Below are positions 22,401 through 35,964 of a stretch of DNA of 64,000 nt, one piece after another. The position numbers and the translations under genes were made by a program. Position 1 is the stretch's first letter; the number at the start of each line of letters is the position of its first letter. Source of the stretch: the human T2T-CHM13v2.0 reference genome, Homo sapiens; NCBI RefSeq assembly GCF_009914755.1, contig NC_060939.1; one strand, given 5' to 3'. The notes under the pieces are model-generated. The model did no database searches. It was not told the DNA's origin and worked only from the letters and a program-made list of their open reading frames with translations.

Positions 22401-24694
22401 TTATTATGCCACTTTTGAGGTTCCCAGAGGGCTTTACCACCCAGCAGGGAGGCCCCAGCAGCCTTTATCCACTAACAGCCAAACACAATGCCGCCATGAA
22501 GCTCTTCCCACACACATTGCAGCACCCCCTGGCAAGTTGGTGCAATGGGTCGGGTGCAGCCACCGCCCACAGATACTCTCTGGCTCTGGTCCTAGACCCC
22601 AAAGTGGTGTGCTGCCAGAGAGGGTTCAGTGAATCTCGGGTCCCTGGGGAAGAAAGTACAGAGCGCAGGCCCAGGTACATCTCCCCTGAGATGCAACTCC
22701 TCAGCCCCGGAGCCCCTCGCTGCTGGTTCTCATGCCTTTGAGTTGCTCCTTCTGGGCTTTGGTCCCTTCCATAGGAAGGTAGACCCTGCTGAGTCACCAC
22801 CGGCTCTGAGCAGTTGAGTTGGGCTGGGAATTTAATGCCGCACGTCCTAGGTCCTGCAGAGGCAGTGACTCACAAGGCCTCCCTGGCCTCTGAGTGTCCT
22901 GGTGGGGGCCCTGCAGGAGCAGATGCTAGAGCCCTTCCTTAGACAGCAGGATCCAGGGCAGGCAGCTGACTTCCTGCCAGCAGGTGAGCACTGCAGGCAG
23001 GTTAGGGGAGCCAGGGAAGAGGGATTCCCACTCCATGAGCCAACTTCCCCCAAGGTATGAAATCAGGAGTCAAGAGTCAGGACTCACACTTTTAGGAAGC
23101 CAGAAACCTGCAGGTGGTTGGCAGAGGCTAGTGCAGCACCACTGACAGGGACTGAGGGGAATGGAGAGGCTGGAGAATTGCACCTCCACACCCACCCTCC
23201 ATTATAGACATAGCCCTCACGTGCCTTCCTAGATGAGCTCTCTCGGAGTAACTTACATTGTGCCTTCCTCTGCACAATACCCAGCCATTTGCCTATTTAC
23301 TGATGAGAGAGCAGCCAGGGATCATCTCAGAGGGCAGCCGGGGATAATGGCCTTCATTTGGCAGATGAAGCAACTAAGATTGACAGGGTGGGGCAGAGAA
23401 GTCTGGGCACCTTCCTGACTTGCAAGGAGATATTCCTGTTACCAGGTTTTAAAATGTAACTTCCTTGAGGGCACAGACCTTGCTTATTTTATCTACTGAT
23501 TTGCCAGCCCCGTAAACGGCATTGAGAACACAGAGGGGCTCTCTAGGTGGTTGTTGAATGAATGGCTGCCCCCAGCACACCTTGCCCTTTTGTACCACTC
23601 CACACACATGGAAGTAAGGGTTCAGTGTCTGCCTCCCCCTGGGCTGCAGGGACCAAGAGGGCCAGGAGCTGTCAGTGTTGTTCACTACATACCCCCCAGG
23701 GCCTACTTTGGTGCTAGCCCAAAAATGGACACCACATATTTTGGGGGAAGATTAAATGAATTATTTTGCTGCCTGAAACCCCATGTGTGTCCACAAGAGA
23801 AGTTTGGGACTTAACAGAAGTGAGGTGCTTTGAGCTGACCACTTCCTCTGTATCCCCAGAGTTATATGTGCCGCCACACACTTCTCCCCAACAAGGCAAA
23901 TATCAAGGGGTTTCTAGAAGCAGAAAGATTAGCAGCTCCTGTTTTCAAGAGAAGGTTGGGAACAGCAATGTCCTACCACCTGGGCCTTTGGCAGCCTCCT
24001 CCCACTGAGTCTAGGGCAGAGCCCAGGTCCAGCAGCCCCATTACTGTGGCCTCTGCCCTGCAGAAAGCCAAAGAAAGACTTCTTCTGGGTTAGACATTCC
24101 CCCTTCGTTCCTCCCCATCTCCTAGGGCCCCCACTGTATCCTATTGCCCTTCTTGGTCAACCCAGCCCACTCCTGCTCGGCTCCCAGGCTCCCGCCTCTG
24201 CCTCACCACCTCCCACAGTTGCCCTTCTCTCCACCTGCTCCTCACCAAAGCAGCCCATGCCACACCTTCCAGCTGCCCTGGCCCTGAGCCTCTGGCTCAG
24301 ATTATAGGACTATGGCTTTCAGACCCATCTTTGTACTAATGCATTCATTTAGCATCAAAGCATATTGGGCTGCATCACCTTGGGCATGCTACTGTCCTTC
24401 TCTTATCCTCCACTTCCTTCTCTGTCACGTGGGGATCCAATGATGCCAAGGACCAAGCAAGATAATGCACCTGAAAACACCTTGTGGACATTAACACTCA
24501 CAAATGACAGCCACTGGTTTCCACTAAGAGTAGCGGACACCAGTACCTTTGCACACTTGATTAGCACTTCACCTCTGACCTGCCTGCATTTATCAACAAC
24601 CAGATGATCTCAGAGTTGAGGAAAGCCAAGACAACAGCTTCCATTTACACCATGCATTACACTCTCGCCTCCAAGGGGCAGCTTTATGAAGTGT

Positions 24695-24900
24695 GAGTTT
24701 TAGCCCCAGGCAAATCTGGTTTGAACCCCAGCTCCAGCACTTTCTAGCTGGTGACCTGGGCTTATCATTTCACCTAGCAGAGCCTCATCCTCCTCTCCTG
24801 AAGGGCACTGCTCATGGATATTTCCCTTGCAATGCAGTTTGGAGAAGGCAATCATAAAACGTGCATAATGTGCCTAGCCCAGGATTTGATACATAGGAGT
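24695..24900 (+). mobile_element. MIR SINE
   Basis: CTGGTTTGAACCCCAGCTCCAGCACTTTCTAGCTGGTGACCTGGGC...GAGCCTCA. Confidence 0.65.
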
Positions 24901-26134
24901 TCTCCCTTCCCTTATTTTTTCTTTCTACTATTCTTCCTTAGGGGGCCCGCTCCATACCAGATGGTTCGGCCTCCCTATTAGGGTGCTCACAACTCCACCC
25001 TCCTTGCTTGCTAGAAACTATCCTGGCTTCTGTTTCTTTAAACAGAACAGAACTCCAGGAGCATAGAGGGCCAAAGAGGTGATGCCCCAAACTCCTCAGG
25101 CCCAGAGAGGAGGAGACCAGATATTTGCCAGATACCTGGGACTCAAAACAAGAAATCACCAGATCAGCTCCAATTTCTTCTGGCACTGATTACTGAGAAC
25201 AGCACACACACAACACACATTTAAGTAGGTATCAAGAGCAAATGGAAAACCAAAATTTAAAAAAAAAAGTGTTGTCTTATTTGCTGAGACACCAGTGTGG
25301 GAATTTGGGGGAAGCGATGCGTTGTGGGGAAGGGCATGGGAAGCCATGCTTGCCTTTGGAACTAAGAGATAGTTCCCTCCCACAGACTTTCTGCTGCGTC
25401 CTCCACCCCCTCCCCAGCCCACAGCACCAGCTGCACTGCCTGGGAACTGAGGGAACAGAAAGCCCAGCCCAGGGAGTTCTGGGATGGGGGTGGGAAAGGG
25501 AATGAAGGTGGCAGTGGGGGAAGGTGCAAACCAGCCCTGACAAAAGCTCAGGTCGGATGCTCAAAGCTGTGGGGTGAATGTGAGGCATGGGGAAGGGGTC
25601 CTAGAAACTCAGCCTGGAAGCACACCTGGAAGGCACCATGAGTTCATCCAACTGCTGGAAGCCAGATGACCCTCAAAGCACTGCGGACACTTGGAGTTCC
25701 CCTTGAACACCCTCTTCCTAGTGTCAAGTTCTAGAACTTCCCTCCAAGAAAGAGAGCCCAGGAGTCCAACCCCATGGATGGATGGCAGTGACATTTTCCC
25801 ACTGTGCATGTGCCCTATGACAGACCTCTCCCCAGTGTTTCCCAGTGACAAGCCCCACACTCCCCTTGCCCAGCCTCATGCTGGAACGAACAAGGAGATG
25901 TCCATAGAACTGTGGTGTGAAGGATCTAACCTCTTTCCAGAAGAGTTTATGGTTGCCCCAGGGCTCAGTGTCCCTGACAGATTTAAATGTAGCAGAAGCC
26001 ATCCAGAGGCCACACCCACATACCAAAAGGGAAGCATCCCCTGGACCAAAGAAAGCCATCTCTTACGATCGTGGGGCCCCAGAGATGAAGATGGGCAGAA
26101 TGATGGTGATGATGATGATAATAACTTCAACCGC

Positions 26135-26315
26135 AACGTATTGACTGTTTTCTGTGTGTGACATTTTTCTATAGCCTTCACGTGTGTCATTTCATTGAAT
26201 CCTCACAAATACTTGGTTTTACAGTTGAGAAATAGAATCAGAGAGGTTAAATCACATGTCCAAGGTCACCCAACTGGTACGTGGAATAAGCCAGGTTTTA
26301 AACCCTGGTCTCCTA
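26135..26315 (-). mobile_element. MIR SINE, preceded by (GAT)n
   Basis: TCATTGAATCCTCACAA...TTTTACAGTTGAGAAA...CAGAGAGGTTAAATCAC...CCAAGGTCAC. Confidence 0.75.
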
Positions 26316-27942
26316 AACACAGCATGGAACCAGGTGCCACTTTTTACACTAAATTGTCCCTAGTGAGGCAATGAGGAAAGGGGAGACTGCCACCTCTGCA
26401 GGGGACTTGGTGAGGTGCACTTCTGCCCCTCTGCATCCCCACACCCCTTTGCCAGGGTTTCCCTGGTTTTGAGACCGAAGGAAGGAGGGAGGACCCCAGC
26501 GGTGACCATCCAAGCCCTCATTAGCCATAGCCCTAGACCATCCTGGGCTAGGGCTAATGAGGGCTTCAGCAGGGAGCACAATATTTAGTCTATGACCTGT
26601 CCTGTGGCAGGACAGGTTTTATCTAACACTCAAATAGCTCCTTCCCAAAAGATCAATGGGCCAACTTTCTCCCAAAAAGGACAGGGATTCTAGAGTTAGG
26701 CCCTTGGCACAGTGGACACAATGAATGTCCTACCCAAGCATCTGTAATCAACAAATCAATAATTAAGGGAGGATGCACATTAACCTTTGAACAGGTTCCA
26801 GAGAGTTTATTTTTGATCTTAAACAGGGTGAACAAGTGTGTGCTCCAAGCCTGGGGAAGGCTGTGGGCAGCGACAGAGAGATGGGGAGTGGGCTCGGGGA
26901 TGGGTGTGTGAACTCACCACATGTGGTCCCCAGGGGCATGTGCTGAGGGTGGCAGGAACCTCCAGCCTGCGAGGGGGTCTTCAGGGGCTGGACAGTGCAG
27001 GTGAGCACGGGGAGCAGGTGGCGGGGGGCGGGTGGGCTTTACTCGTGGGTGGGGTGCGGTGGGGTGTGGGTGAGGGGCACTCCCAATGGGCTGGGTATGC
27101 ACATGTGGATGCAGGTCGGAGAGAGAGGTGGGAGCCAGAGGGGTGTGTGGGGAGGTTGCGTGTGTGGTGAGGGCAACTGCAGAGGCTGGGGGCAAAAGAA
27201 GGTGCTTAATGAAGGATGCTGATGGCAGGATCCTCATTCCCTTGTGCCAGATTGAATTAGAAGCCATACTTTTAATCTGTAAACTCTCTGATGCAAAGAT
27301 GACAGAATAGAACTTTGTAAATATCACCGCACTTCCTGACCCCCACTCTTCTCTTCTGTCCCTCCCTGCCCTCATGGGCTGACCACAGAAGCCAGCTCAC
27401 TTTGCTTTCAACTTCCAAGTCCACTGAAAGTTTCCAGTCCCGGGATTTTAGGAAGAAGAAAGAAGATACTAGACATTTCTGTGAGTTCAGTTTATCATTA
27501 ACCCCAACTCCCTCACACATACCAAAAATAATAGCAATAATAATATCACTGATTTTATAATTATAAAATCATAATCTTTGAAAAGGCCTTAGAGATTAAC
27601 CATTCCTGTGTTCCTCACATTTTCCCAACTAGAATTCCCAAACTTGGAGGAGAGAGAGCAGGGAGGGAGGGGATGAGGGGGAAGGGGGTGGAAGATTTGT
27701 GCCATGTTTGTTATTCCTGTGCCTTTGAAGACCCTGGGGTATTGCCACAGTCACAAAAGCCTCATGGAAACTTACCAATTTGGGAAACACCACATTTAGT
27801 ACAATCCCCTGTCCCTGCTATTTTATAGGTAGACAAATTAGGCCCAAGATAACTAAGTTATGTCCCCAAAGCTGCATAGTTAGTTAGGACTACAGCCAAA
27901 GGCTTCTACTCCGAGGCATCCATTCTGCCCATTCAAAAAAAT

Positions 27943-27944
27943 GA

Positions 27945-28020
<76 letters not shown>

Positions 28021-28099
28021 AGGAAGGAAGGAAGGAAGGAAGGAAGGAAGGAAGGAAGGAAGGAAGGGAAGGAAAGGAAGAAAGAAAGAAAGAAAGAAA

Positions 28100-28139
<40 letters not shown>

Positions 28140-28277
28140 CAGACAGACAGAAAGAAAGAAAGAAAGAAAGACGGAAGGAAGGAAGGAAGGAAGGAAGGAA
28201 GGAAGGAAGGAAGGAAGGAAGGAAGGAAAGAAGGAAGGAAGGGAAGGAAAGGAAGAAAGAAAGAAAGAAAGAGAAAG

Positions 28278-28324
<47 letters not shown>

Positions 28325-28337
28325 CAGACAGACAGAC

Positions 28338-28384
<47 letters not shown>

Positions 28385-28386
28385 CA
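27943..28386. repeat. Compound (GAAA)n/(GGAA)n/(GACA)n microsatellite, ~445 bp
   Basis: Read directly; (GGAA)11 at 28022-28065 and (GGAA)14 at 28173-28228. Confidence 0.98.
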
Positions 28387-29377
28387 AGTAACAGATTCTG
28401 GCTAGAGGTCTGAGAACCTCATGTCCCAAATGCTGCTGGCCCCTCCTGGACCACACACCTCTCTCTCAAGTGGAAAGCTACCCTTTTTTTTTCTTTTTTC
28501 AGCACAACAGCATTTTATGACACATTTTTATGACATCAGCTCTTTAAGCATCTCTCTCCAAGGAACACAAAATTCTCCAACATAACCTCACCCAGGCCTT
28601 ACAACAGTCCCCCAGAATCCAGCAGAGTACAGCAATTTTTGGTGTTTATTGGATACCTATTTTTCCTGCCTCGTTTCCGAAATGGATTTACAGGCAAATA
28701 TAATGACCTCTCCATCGTACAGGTAGGAGTAACATAGGAACGCGACTTTCTCATGGTCACATGATACATTTTGGCCAGTGAAGTAGATGAGACCGCCTAT
28801 TGTATCATCTAAAGGAGATCAGGGTTTAGCCATGTGGCCTCGCTGAATGACTCTATCAGCTTCTGCTCAGTTACCTTCCCTTGCCTGAAGTAGGAGACAG
28901 TGAAGTGGGGTTAAACTGGGGTGATCAGGGGCTGGATGGGTGAAGGCTCTGAGTGCCTCCTGCTGAGCTCAGGCCCACAGGCTTGAAGAGCTTCTAAAAA
29001 TACCAGGCACGTTTCTTGCAGGGGGGCTGATTTAGCTGACCTTTCCTAAAGAGGACCGATTTGCCTGCTTCTGCCGCCTGCTTCTCTCCAGCTGACTCTT
29101 GGGCTGAACTGAGGCAGGATAGGAATATCCTCTCAGTCCCTGCATCCCTTACCCCAGATGGATCCAGTGGAAATGAAAAAAAAAAAAAAAAGGTCTAGAG
29201 CATCCCAGAGCATTTAACAAGGGCAAGCCATGGGCGAGGCAAGAGACATCGAATTGGTCATTAGATTGGTCTCTGGTCTCAAGTAGCTCATGGTCTGTCG
29301 GCTCTGTTAGGGAAAACAGCAGAATATCATCTGTGACACGTGGCAAATGGCAGGGGCCAGGTGTCGGTGGGCAGTGA

Positions 29378-29923
<546 letters not shown>

Positions 29924-30779
29924 TAAAATGGCTGTGTTTAAATTGGAGCCCTTCAAAAACTCCTCCCAGCTGAGACACCCAAGCTTTCTAGGTCCTGGCT
30001 GCAGTTAAGGGCTCTATTGCTCAAGTCCTGAGGTTCTCTGCTACCTCTCATTCTCTTCACTGATTTTCTGAGAGCTGCTTTTGCTTCTGGCACCCTCCAG
30101 TCCCCTAGAAGCAGAAGGACAAGGAGCAACCACCCTTGTTGAAGTCTCTGCCCGAGGCTCCTGGCAGAAGGTTTTCCCTCTTCCATTCCTGGCACACACA
30201 GCCCCTGGCAACTGTTGGTCTCATCCTGGCAGCCTGACATTTCAGAGAGAAGATTCTAGGCCCCACTTGTCTGACAGCTTGTGGTTTCTGACCCAGGACT
30301 GATGTGGACCAGGAAGGACAGACCCACATGGGAGTGGCAGCGCATGCCGGCCCTTCCTCCTGCAGCTCTGGGGTTGGAACTGACCCCCTCAGCCCCAGCC
30401 CATCACCCTCCCTGGCTTTTAGGGAGCTGATCTTCTGCAGACATGCCTGGAGCCTGGTGAGGGCAGGACAACTGTCCACCCAAGGATGGAAATGAATGCT
30501 GACAGCTCCTGATTTATGCCCTTGTTATCCTGTAAGGAAGACAGCAAGGCAATTTAAAAGGCCAGCAGCTTTGGGAAGCCCAACAAGGAGCCCCACAGCA
30601 CCTGGAGCTGCCCACTGTCTCCCCAGCCAACGCTAGCTAGCTGCTTCCTGGAAAGGCCAAGATACCCTCCTCCCATCCCCAGCCTGAAAGGGAGAAGAGG
30701 GAAAAGGAAGCACGTCCCTGAGTGCCCACGAGGGTCAGATGCCAGTGGACTCCTCCCCACCCAGTGGCGTCTCTCTCAT

Positions 30780-30900
30780 CATCCATCTTTTGCAGGTGAA
30801 GAATCAGACACTTAAAGAGGTTAAGTCGCGTACCTGAAGTTACACTGGGGAGACCAGGAGCAAACTTGCATCTGTCTGACCTCAAAGCCCTGCTTCTAAG
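30780..30900 (-). mobile_element. MIR SINE
   Basis: TTTTGCAGGTGAAGAATCAGAC...AGAGGTTAAGTC...TCTGTCTGACCTCAAAGCCC. Confidence 0.65.
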
Positions 30901-32282
30901 CAGCCAGGGAGCAGTGGGATCCAGTGCAGAGATGGGGAGGAGGGGCTCTGCCACTCCCAGCCTGGGAATGAAGTGGAGCCAATGGCAAGAGCTTCCCTAG
31001 GGCTGGGTCAAACCTCCCTGCTCCAGGCATGAAGAGAAAGGAAAAGGCTGCTCCAGGTGGGGGAAGTCTGGTCCAGCTCCTTGTTAAAGAAGAAACAGGA
31101 AAATACAGCAACAGGGGGAAGTCACAGGGGAACTGACATTTTGTCAAAAGATGATGGGTTTCTGGCTCTCTCCTGCTTTCCAACTTTCCCTGGATCCCCA
31201 CTGCCTACAGGTCTCCACTTTAAGCTCCACCACCCAGCATCCAGCACTGTCCAGGACCCAGCCTCTCCTCCCACTTCAGCTGCTCTGCCACCAGACTGCC
31301 CCTTGTGCCCAGCACCTGGGCTCCAGCCCACTTCCAATCTCACCTTTTCCCACTGTTACCCATCTCTATATTTTGGCTCTTCAGCTCCAGCCTGTCAAAA
31401 CTCTGTCTAGCTTTCAAAGCCCAGGCATCTCACCTCCCTAACAAGCCCCCCAATTTCTCCAAGCAATTTTGCCTCCTGTATGTTCAGAACGGGGCAGCTC
31501 AGCAACTATTACAGCATCATTGAGAGCCTTCCATTGGTCTTCCATCCGTCAGAGATGGCCATGCATACTTCTGCCTCTATCCTGAACTCTAGGTTCCTTG
31601 AAGCCAGGGCCATATATTTACACAGAGTCCAGTACCTAACAGGCATTCCATCAATGTGTGTTTATCTAGTACACATTGAATTAAACTAGAAAACCAAACC
31701 AGAAAATAATGCTTGCTATTCTTTCCCATCCCCTACTTTCCATCCCAGCAGGATATTTCTCTGGGTCCCAGGAAGAAATGTGCCAACGGAGCAGTGTGGT
31801 CTTTGGACAGGGTTTTAAATTGAAGGCAGGCAAGGCTAAGTCCACTGTCAGACTGTGTGGCCTTGGGGTTTGTGCTTCTATGGAAGGCCCTTCTTTAAAT
31901 GGGCTGGAAGAGGTTGCAGCAATGTGGGATCCCATCCATGGTCATTGGGAAACTGGCCTTATGTCCCTGCAGGGCCTTTTCTCAACTTGAAAGGAAGTGA
32001 AAATATCTGAGAACAGCACCAGTCAATACGATGACTTTCTTGCCCTAGGAAAAGTCATGCACTGAGCCCAAATACATTTGTTTATCCTGGGAGACTGAAA
32101 AGAACCAGACCCAGGCACCTAGAGGCCTCATGAGCACCAGGGTCCTCAGCGATGAGGGGAATGAGAGCTGCTGTCCCTCTGCAGGCTGAGCCTGGGCACA
32201 CAGCTGCTCCTCCTGTTCCTCCTCTGTCCAGCAATGGACAGCCCAAAGCACCAGGCTCCCCATGTGAGATAAGCAGGGAGAA

Positions 32283-32443
32283 AATGCCAGGTTAACTTCA
32301 AGATTCATTAGAAATTCCAGGGGGAAATGAACAGTTGCCAAGTGAGAAAGGAAAGGGCAAGCCCATTCTAAGTGAGAGGAGATGTTTCCTTTGCTGTGGC
32401 GCTCCAAGGGGTGACAAAGAGTGCTGAGATGAAGGGACAGAGC
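32283..32443 (+). repeat. Segment A, duplicated at 32783-32945
   Basis: 11 mismatches over the first 120 bp; offset 500 bp. Confidence 0.92.
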
Positions 32444-32782
32444 GTCAGTCCTCAATAGCTGCCCCGAGCCATCCTTCAGTGAATCTTTAACTGAGGGCTG
32501 ACAGGAGGACAGCCACGTCGCAGAGGAAGATAAATGGATGGGGAGTCCAGCTAAGTTAACCAACTGGTCTTGGCTTGCCCAGATCATTCTAGGTTTTAGC
32601 ATTCAAAGTCCCACATCCCAGGAATCCCCTCCACCCAGGGCAAAGGGGGAAGGTCATCCCCCTAATTCCAGCAAGTGGCTGTTGAAGGTGCTTCATGCTA
32701 CAGTGTTCAAGGTGAGGCGGGTGGCTCCGAGAGATGGTCCACAGAAAGGATACCTGCCGTACCTGCCATAGGATACCTGGTT

Positions 32783-33063
32783 AATGTCAGGTTAATTTCA
32801 AGATTCATTAGAAGTTCCAGGGGGAAATGAACAGTTGCCAAGTGAGAAAGGAAAGGGCAAACCCATTCCAACTGAGATGAGATGTGCCCTTCGCTGTGGA
32901 GCTCCAGGGCAGATGACAAACAGTGCTGAGATGAAGGAATGGAGCATCCTGGGCTTGCAAATCCCGAGGGGAACTCACCCTCTTCAAACATGTCAAGTCT
33001 GCTCACCGGGTCATCTGAACACAAGTAGAGTCATTTCAAGATTAATGAATCTTGAAATTAACC
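32783..33063. repeat. Mosaic A'+B' segment bounded by 21 bp perfect inverted repeats
   Basis: GGTTAATTTCAAGATTCATTA (32790-32810) and its exact reverse complement (33043-33063); interior copies 32283-32443 and 33484-33572. Confidence 0.88.
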
Positions 33064-33483
33064 CAGCAAGTGCCCATGCTGAGGCTCTGGGAGGTCATCT
33101 GACTTACCCAAGATCACACAGCTAGGATTTGAACCCCAAGTCTTTGCAGAGGAGGGAGCAAGAGGAGAGCAGCAGAAGCCTTCGAGCCTGAGCTGCCCCA
33201 TCTCTGAGAGCCATAAGCACATCAGCTCTGCTACTCCTGGTTCTCTCCCAGAGACTCAAGAGGAGCCAGCTCAATCCACAGCCCCAGGCTCAGCAAGAGG
33301 CTTGAGTGCGGCACCACAGGGCCAACAGGAGAGGCAGAGCTGTGAGGCCACAGACCCTTACAGCTACTTGACATTATGGCTAAGCAGTCCCTGAGGAAGC
33401 TTAGAGGTGCAGAGAGATAGAGAGAGACTTGCTCTTGGTCTCAGAGGCCCAAAAGGAAACACAGGGGCTTCAAACTCGACCCC

Positions 33484-33572
33484 CATCCTGGGCTTGCAAA
33501 TTCCCAGGGGAACTCATCTGCCGCAGACATGTCAAGTCTGCTCACCGAGTCATCTCAACACAAGTAGAATCA
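33484..33572 (+). repeat. Segment B, duplicated at 32945-33033
   Basis: 11 mismatches in 89 bp, ungapped; offset 539 bp. Confidence 0.9.
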
Positions 33573-33737
33573 CTCCTTTGAGTCTCACGTGCCCCATGCC
33601 TTGTTTTCTCCAGGGTAATGAGCTCTGGTTCCTTCAATGGTTTCTCTTATGAGCTGGTTTTGAGTCTTCGCCTTGCTGGGCTTGTTCCCTCAGTGTTTGC
33701 TTCAGTACATCATATGTATTAAAAGACAGCTCTTCTG

Positions 33738-33835
33738 GCTCTTCTTAGTTGGGAGATAGCAATAAGGATTGGAAAGAGACAAAGGGGGAAGGAACAGGCA
33801 TCAGGGTTTCAACACAAACTGATGTTCATTGAATC
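33738..33835 (+). repeat. Older local direct duplication, copy 1 (partner 35965-36062)
   Basis: About 19 mismatches in 98 bp, ungapped. Confidence 0.8.
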
Positions 33836-34809
33836 CTTATAAAGTTCCCTAGAACTGAATGGAACCTTCCAAGAGTGGTTAACCAGAGCCGACTGCAGCT
33901 CAGACCCTTATTCTAAACACTCTTGCAACACTAATTTATTGTTGTGGCCCTCCCATTCCATGGCTAACTCGTATCATTAAGAAGCCCTAGAGTCTTCATA
34001 ACTCTAAAGCCATGCCTCCTAAATCCAGTTGGCTTTTGGGGCAGAACTTTACTTTTATCCCTGTTACACGGTGCCTTGTTGACTCATCCCTCCATCCTTG
34101 TCTGTACAGATCTTTAGGGATCCTCAGAATTACCTAACCCTTCCCAATTCCATGTCAGCTGCACATCTGATTAGCCTGCTTATTCTCAATAAAACTGCAC
34201 ATTCTTTAGAGTTTGAGTCTTAGGCAGGGAAAAATAGTTTTAGAGGAACAAACGCCCCCCCCCACCCCCCGCCCCCGCCAACCAGGTTACTTCAATGCTT
34301 GTTCATTTCCCTGCCTAGATAACATCCCCTCTCTCTGCACACTGAGCCCAGCAGCCCAGGTCCTGCCCAACAGAGCTCCTTTTTTATTTTCTGACTGGTC
34401 AACCCCAAAAGTCCAACCATTTTCCCGAGCTCTGCATGCCTGGAAGCTAAGTCCAAAGTCCCTGAGCTCCAGTGTCCAGGCTATATGTCATTCCTCTTCT
34501 TTGTAGATATGGGAAGATTTCTTTGCAGACATGAGGAAGTTTCTTGACTTAGAAAGATGTACCTGGTCCACTGTGGGCATGCAGTGAATGTTCATCAAAT
34601 GAAAGGAAAATAAGCACCTTCCATATATATGTGTGAAGTTCTGAATTCGGCATTGGCCTCAAGAAGGCTTCAATGTTCATCCTTTCCACTGGGCCATCCC
34701 TAAAATCCTTAAGCAGAGGGACTACCTCTGTACTTAAAGATCTCCAAACAGAAAGATAGCACATTCTCTTTACAGCCAGTAGAAACTATTGAGCTCATCT
34801 CTCCATTGA

Positions 34810-35040
34810 CTCATTCACTTGCTAACTCATTTATTGAGCACATGCTATGCGCCAGGCCTTGAGTAGGCACTGGGGATACAGAAGTGATTATAAAATGACC
34901 TCCAGGAGCTGACAGTCTACTGAGGAAGGCAGCCATGGAAACAGTGCTTCTGTCACGTATAATGTGCCCCCAGTGTGGTGAAGCATTAATAAAACTTGTC
35001 ATGAGCGCCCACAGGCAAGGGTCAACCCCTGCTTGGAAGA
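34810..35040 (-). mobile_element. L2 LINE 3' end
   Basis: CATTTATTGAGCACATGCTATGCGCCAGGC...TAGGCACTGGGGATACAG...CCTCCAGGAGCTGACAGTCTA. Confidence 0.75.
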
Positions 35041-35964
35041 GATGATATTTGGGCAAAGGTGGAAACAAGTGCCTGTAATCCAGTTCCTCCAATCTCCTTG
35101 GGGAGGAAAAGGTAAGGTAGGTTCTCTTTTCAACCTGTTTCCAATTCCTAGTGGGGAACAAACCTATAAGGGCCACAAGCCTGAGTGAAGAGAAACTACT
35201 GAGTTCTCCCATCCCCTCCAGTGTCCTGAATCAGCGTGCAAGTCTGTGTTTCCTTACATCTCTCCCAAAAGAGCTGGGTGGCAAGCTGAGCCCTTTGCTG
35301 CAAGTGAGGGCTGCAGTTTGCACATCCAAGGCCCCAGATGGGCCTTGGCTGGCATCTAGCACCACCTACTGGCCACGGAAGGAAAAGCAAAGGTCCAGCT
35401 GCCACCTCTCCCCCAGGGCTCCTGCAGTCACGCCTTGCCTGGATGCTGCATCCCTTCACACCCTGATTATCACCCTGGAGCCCCATCTCGCCACCCAAGG
35501 GCAGAGGGCAAACTTCAAAGGTGACACAGACACTCTGAAGGAAACAAGAGGCCACAAAGCCAGCTGGAGCAGGCAGACACAGGGACAGAATCTGTGCCCT
35601 GGAGCCTGAGGGGCAGGCTGAGAGGGCGGAGCAGGATGGGGCCTGAGAAAGAGGTCAAAAAGGGACAGCAGCACAGTGAATGACAGTCAGAACCAAGCAG
35701 TGGAGACACGGAAGATGCTGGAGGGTTCTATGGAATCTTCCTGGAGAAGGACCTGAGGTCCCAGAAAGGAGTCACATTCCGGCCCCAGCAGGTCAGGTGC
35801 TGAGGCTGCCCTCATCCTAGACAATGTCACCCTTCTTGTACCCAGGTGCTTCCAGGCAGCTCCTCCCAGCCCTCTGACCTCCACGAGCGGCACTTGCCCA
35901 GGGCTGCTCCCAGCACTGCAGCTGGAGCCAGGACACACCCTTCTTGGTGCCCAGCTCAGCTCCA

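Noticed and set aside
27890-28456. 154-188 aa ORFs (KERK/EGRK and FLSF repeats)
   Set aside because: Translations of the tetranucleotide microsatellite.
32790-33063. Interpretation as a genuine MITE/DNA transposon
   Set aside because: The interior and one inverted-repeat arm derive from adjacent unique sequence, and there is no TA or 8 bp TSD. Kept as a rearrangement scar pending a genome-wide search.
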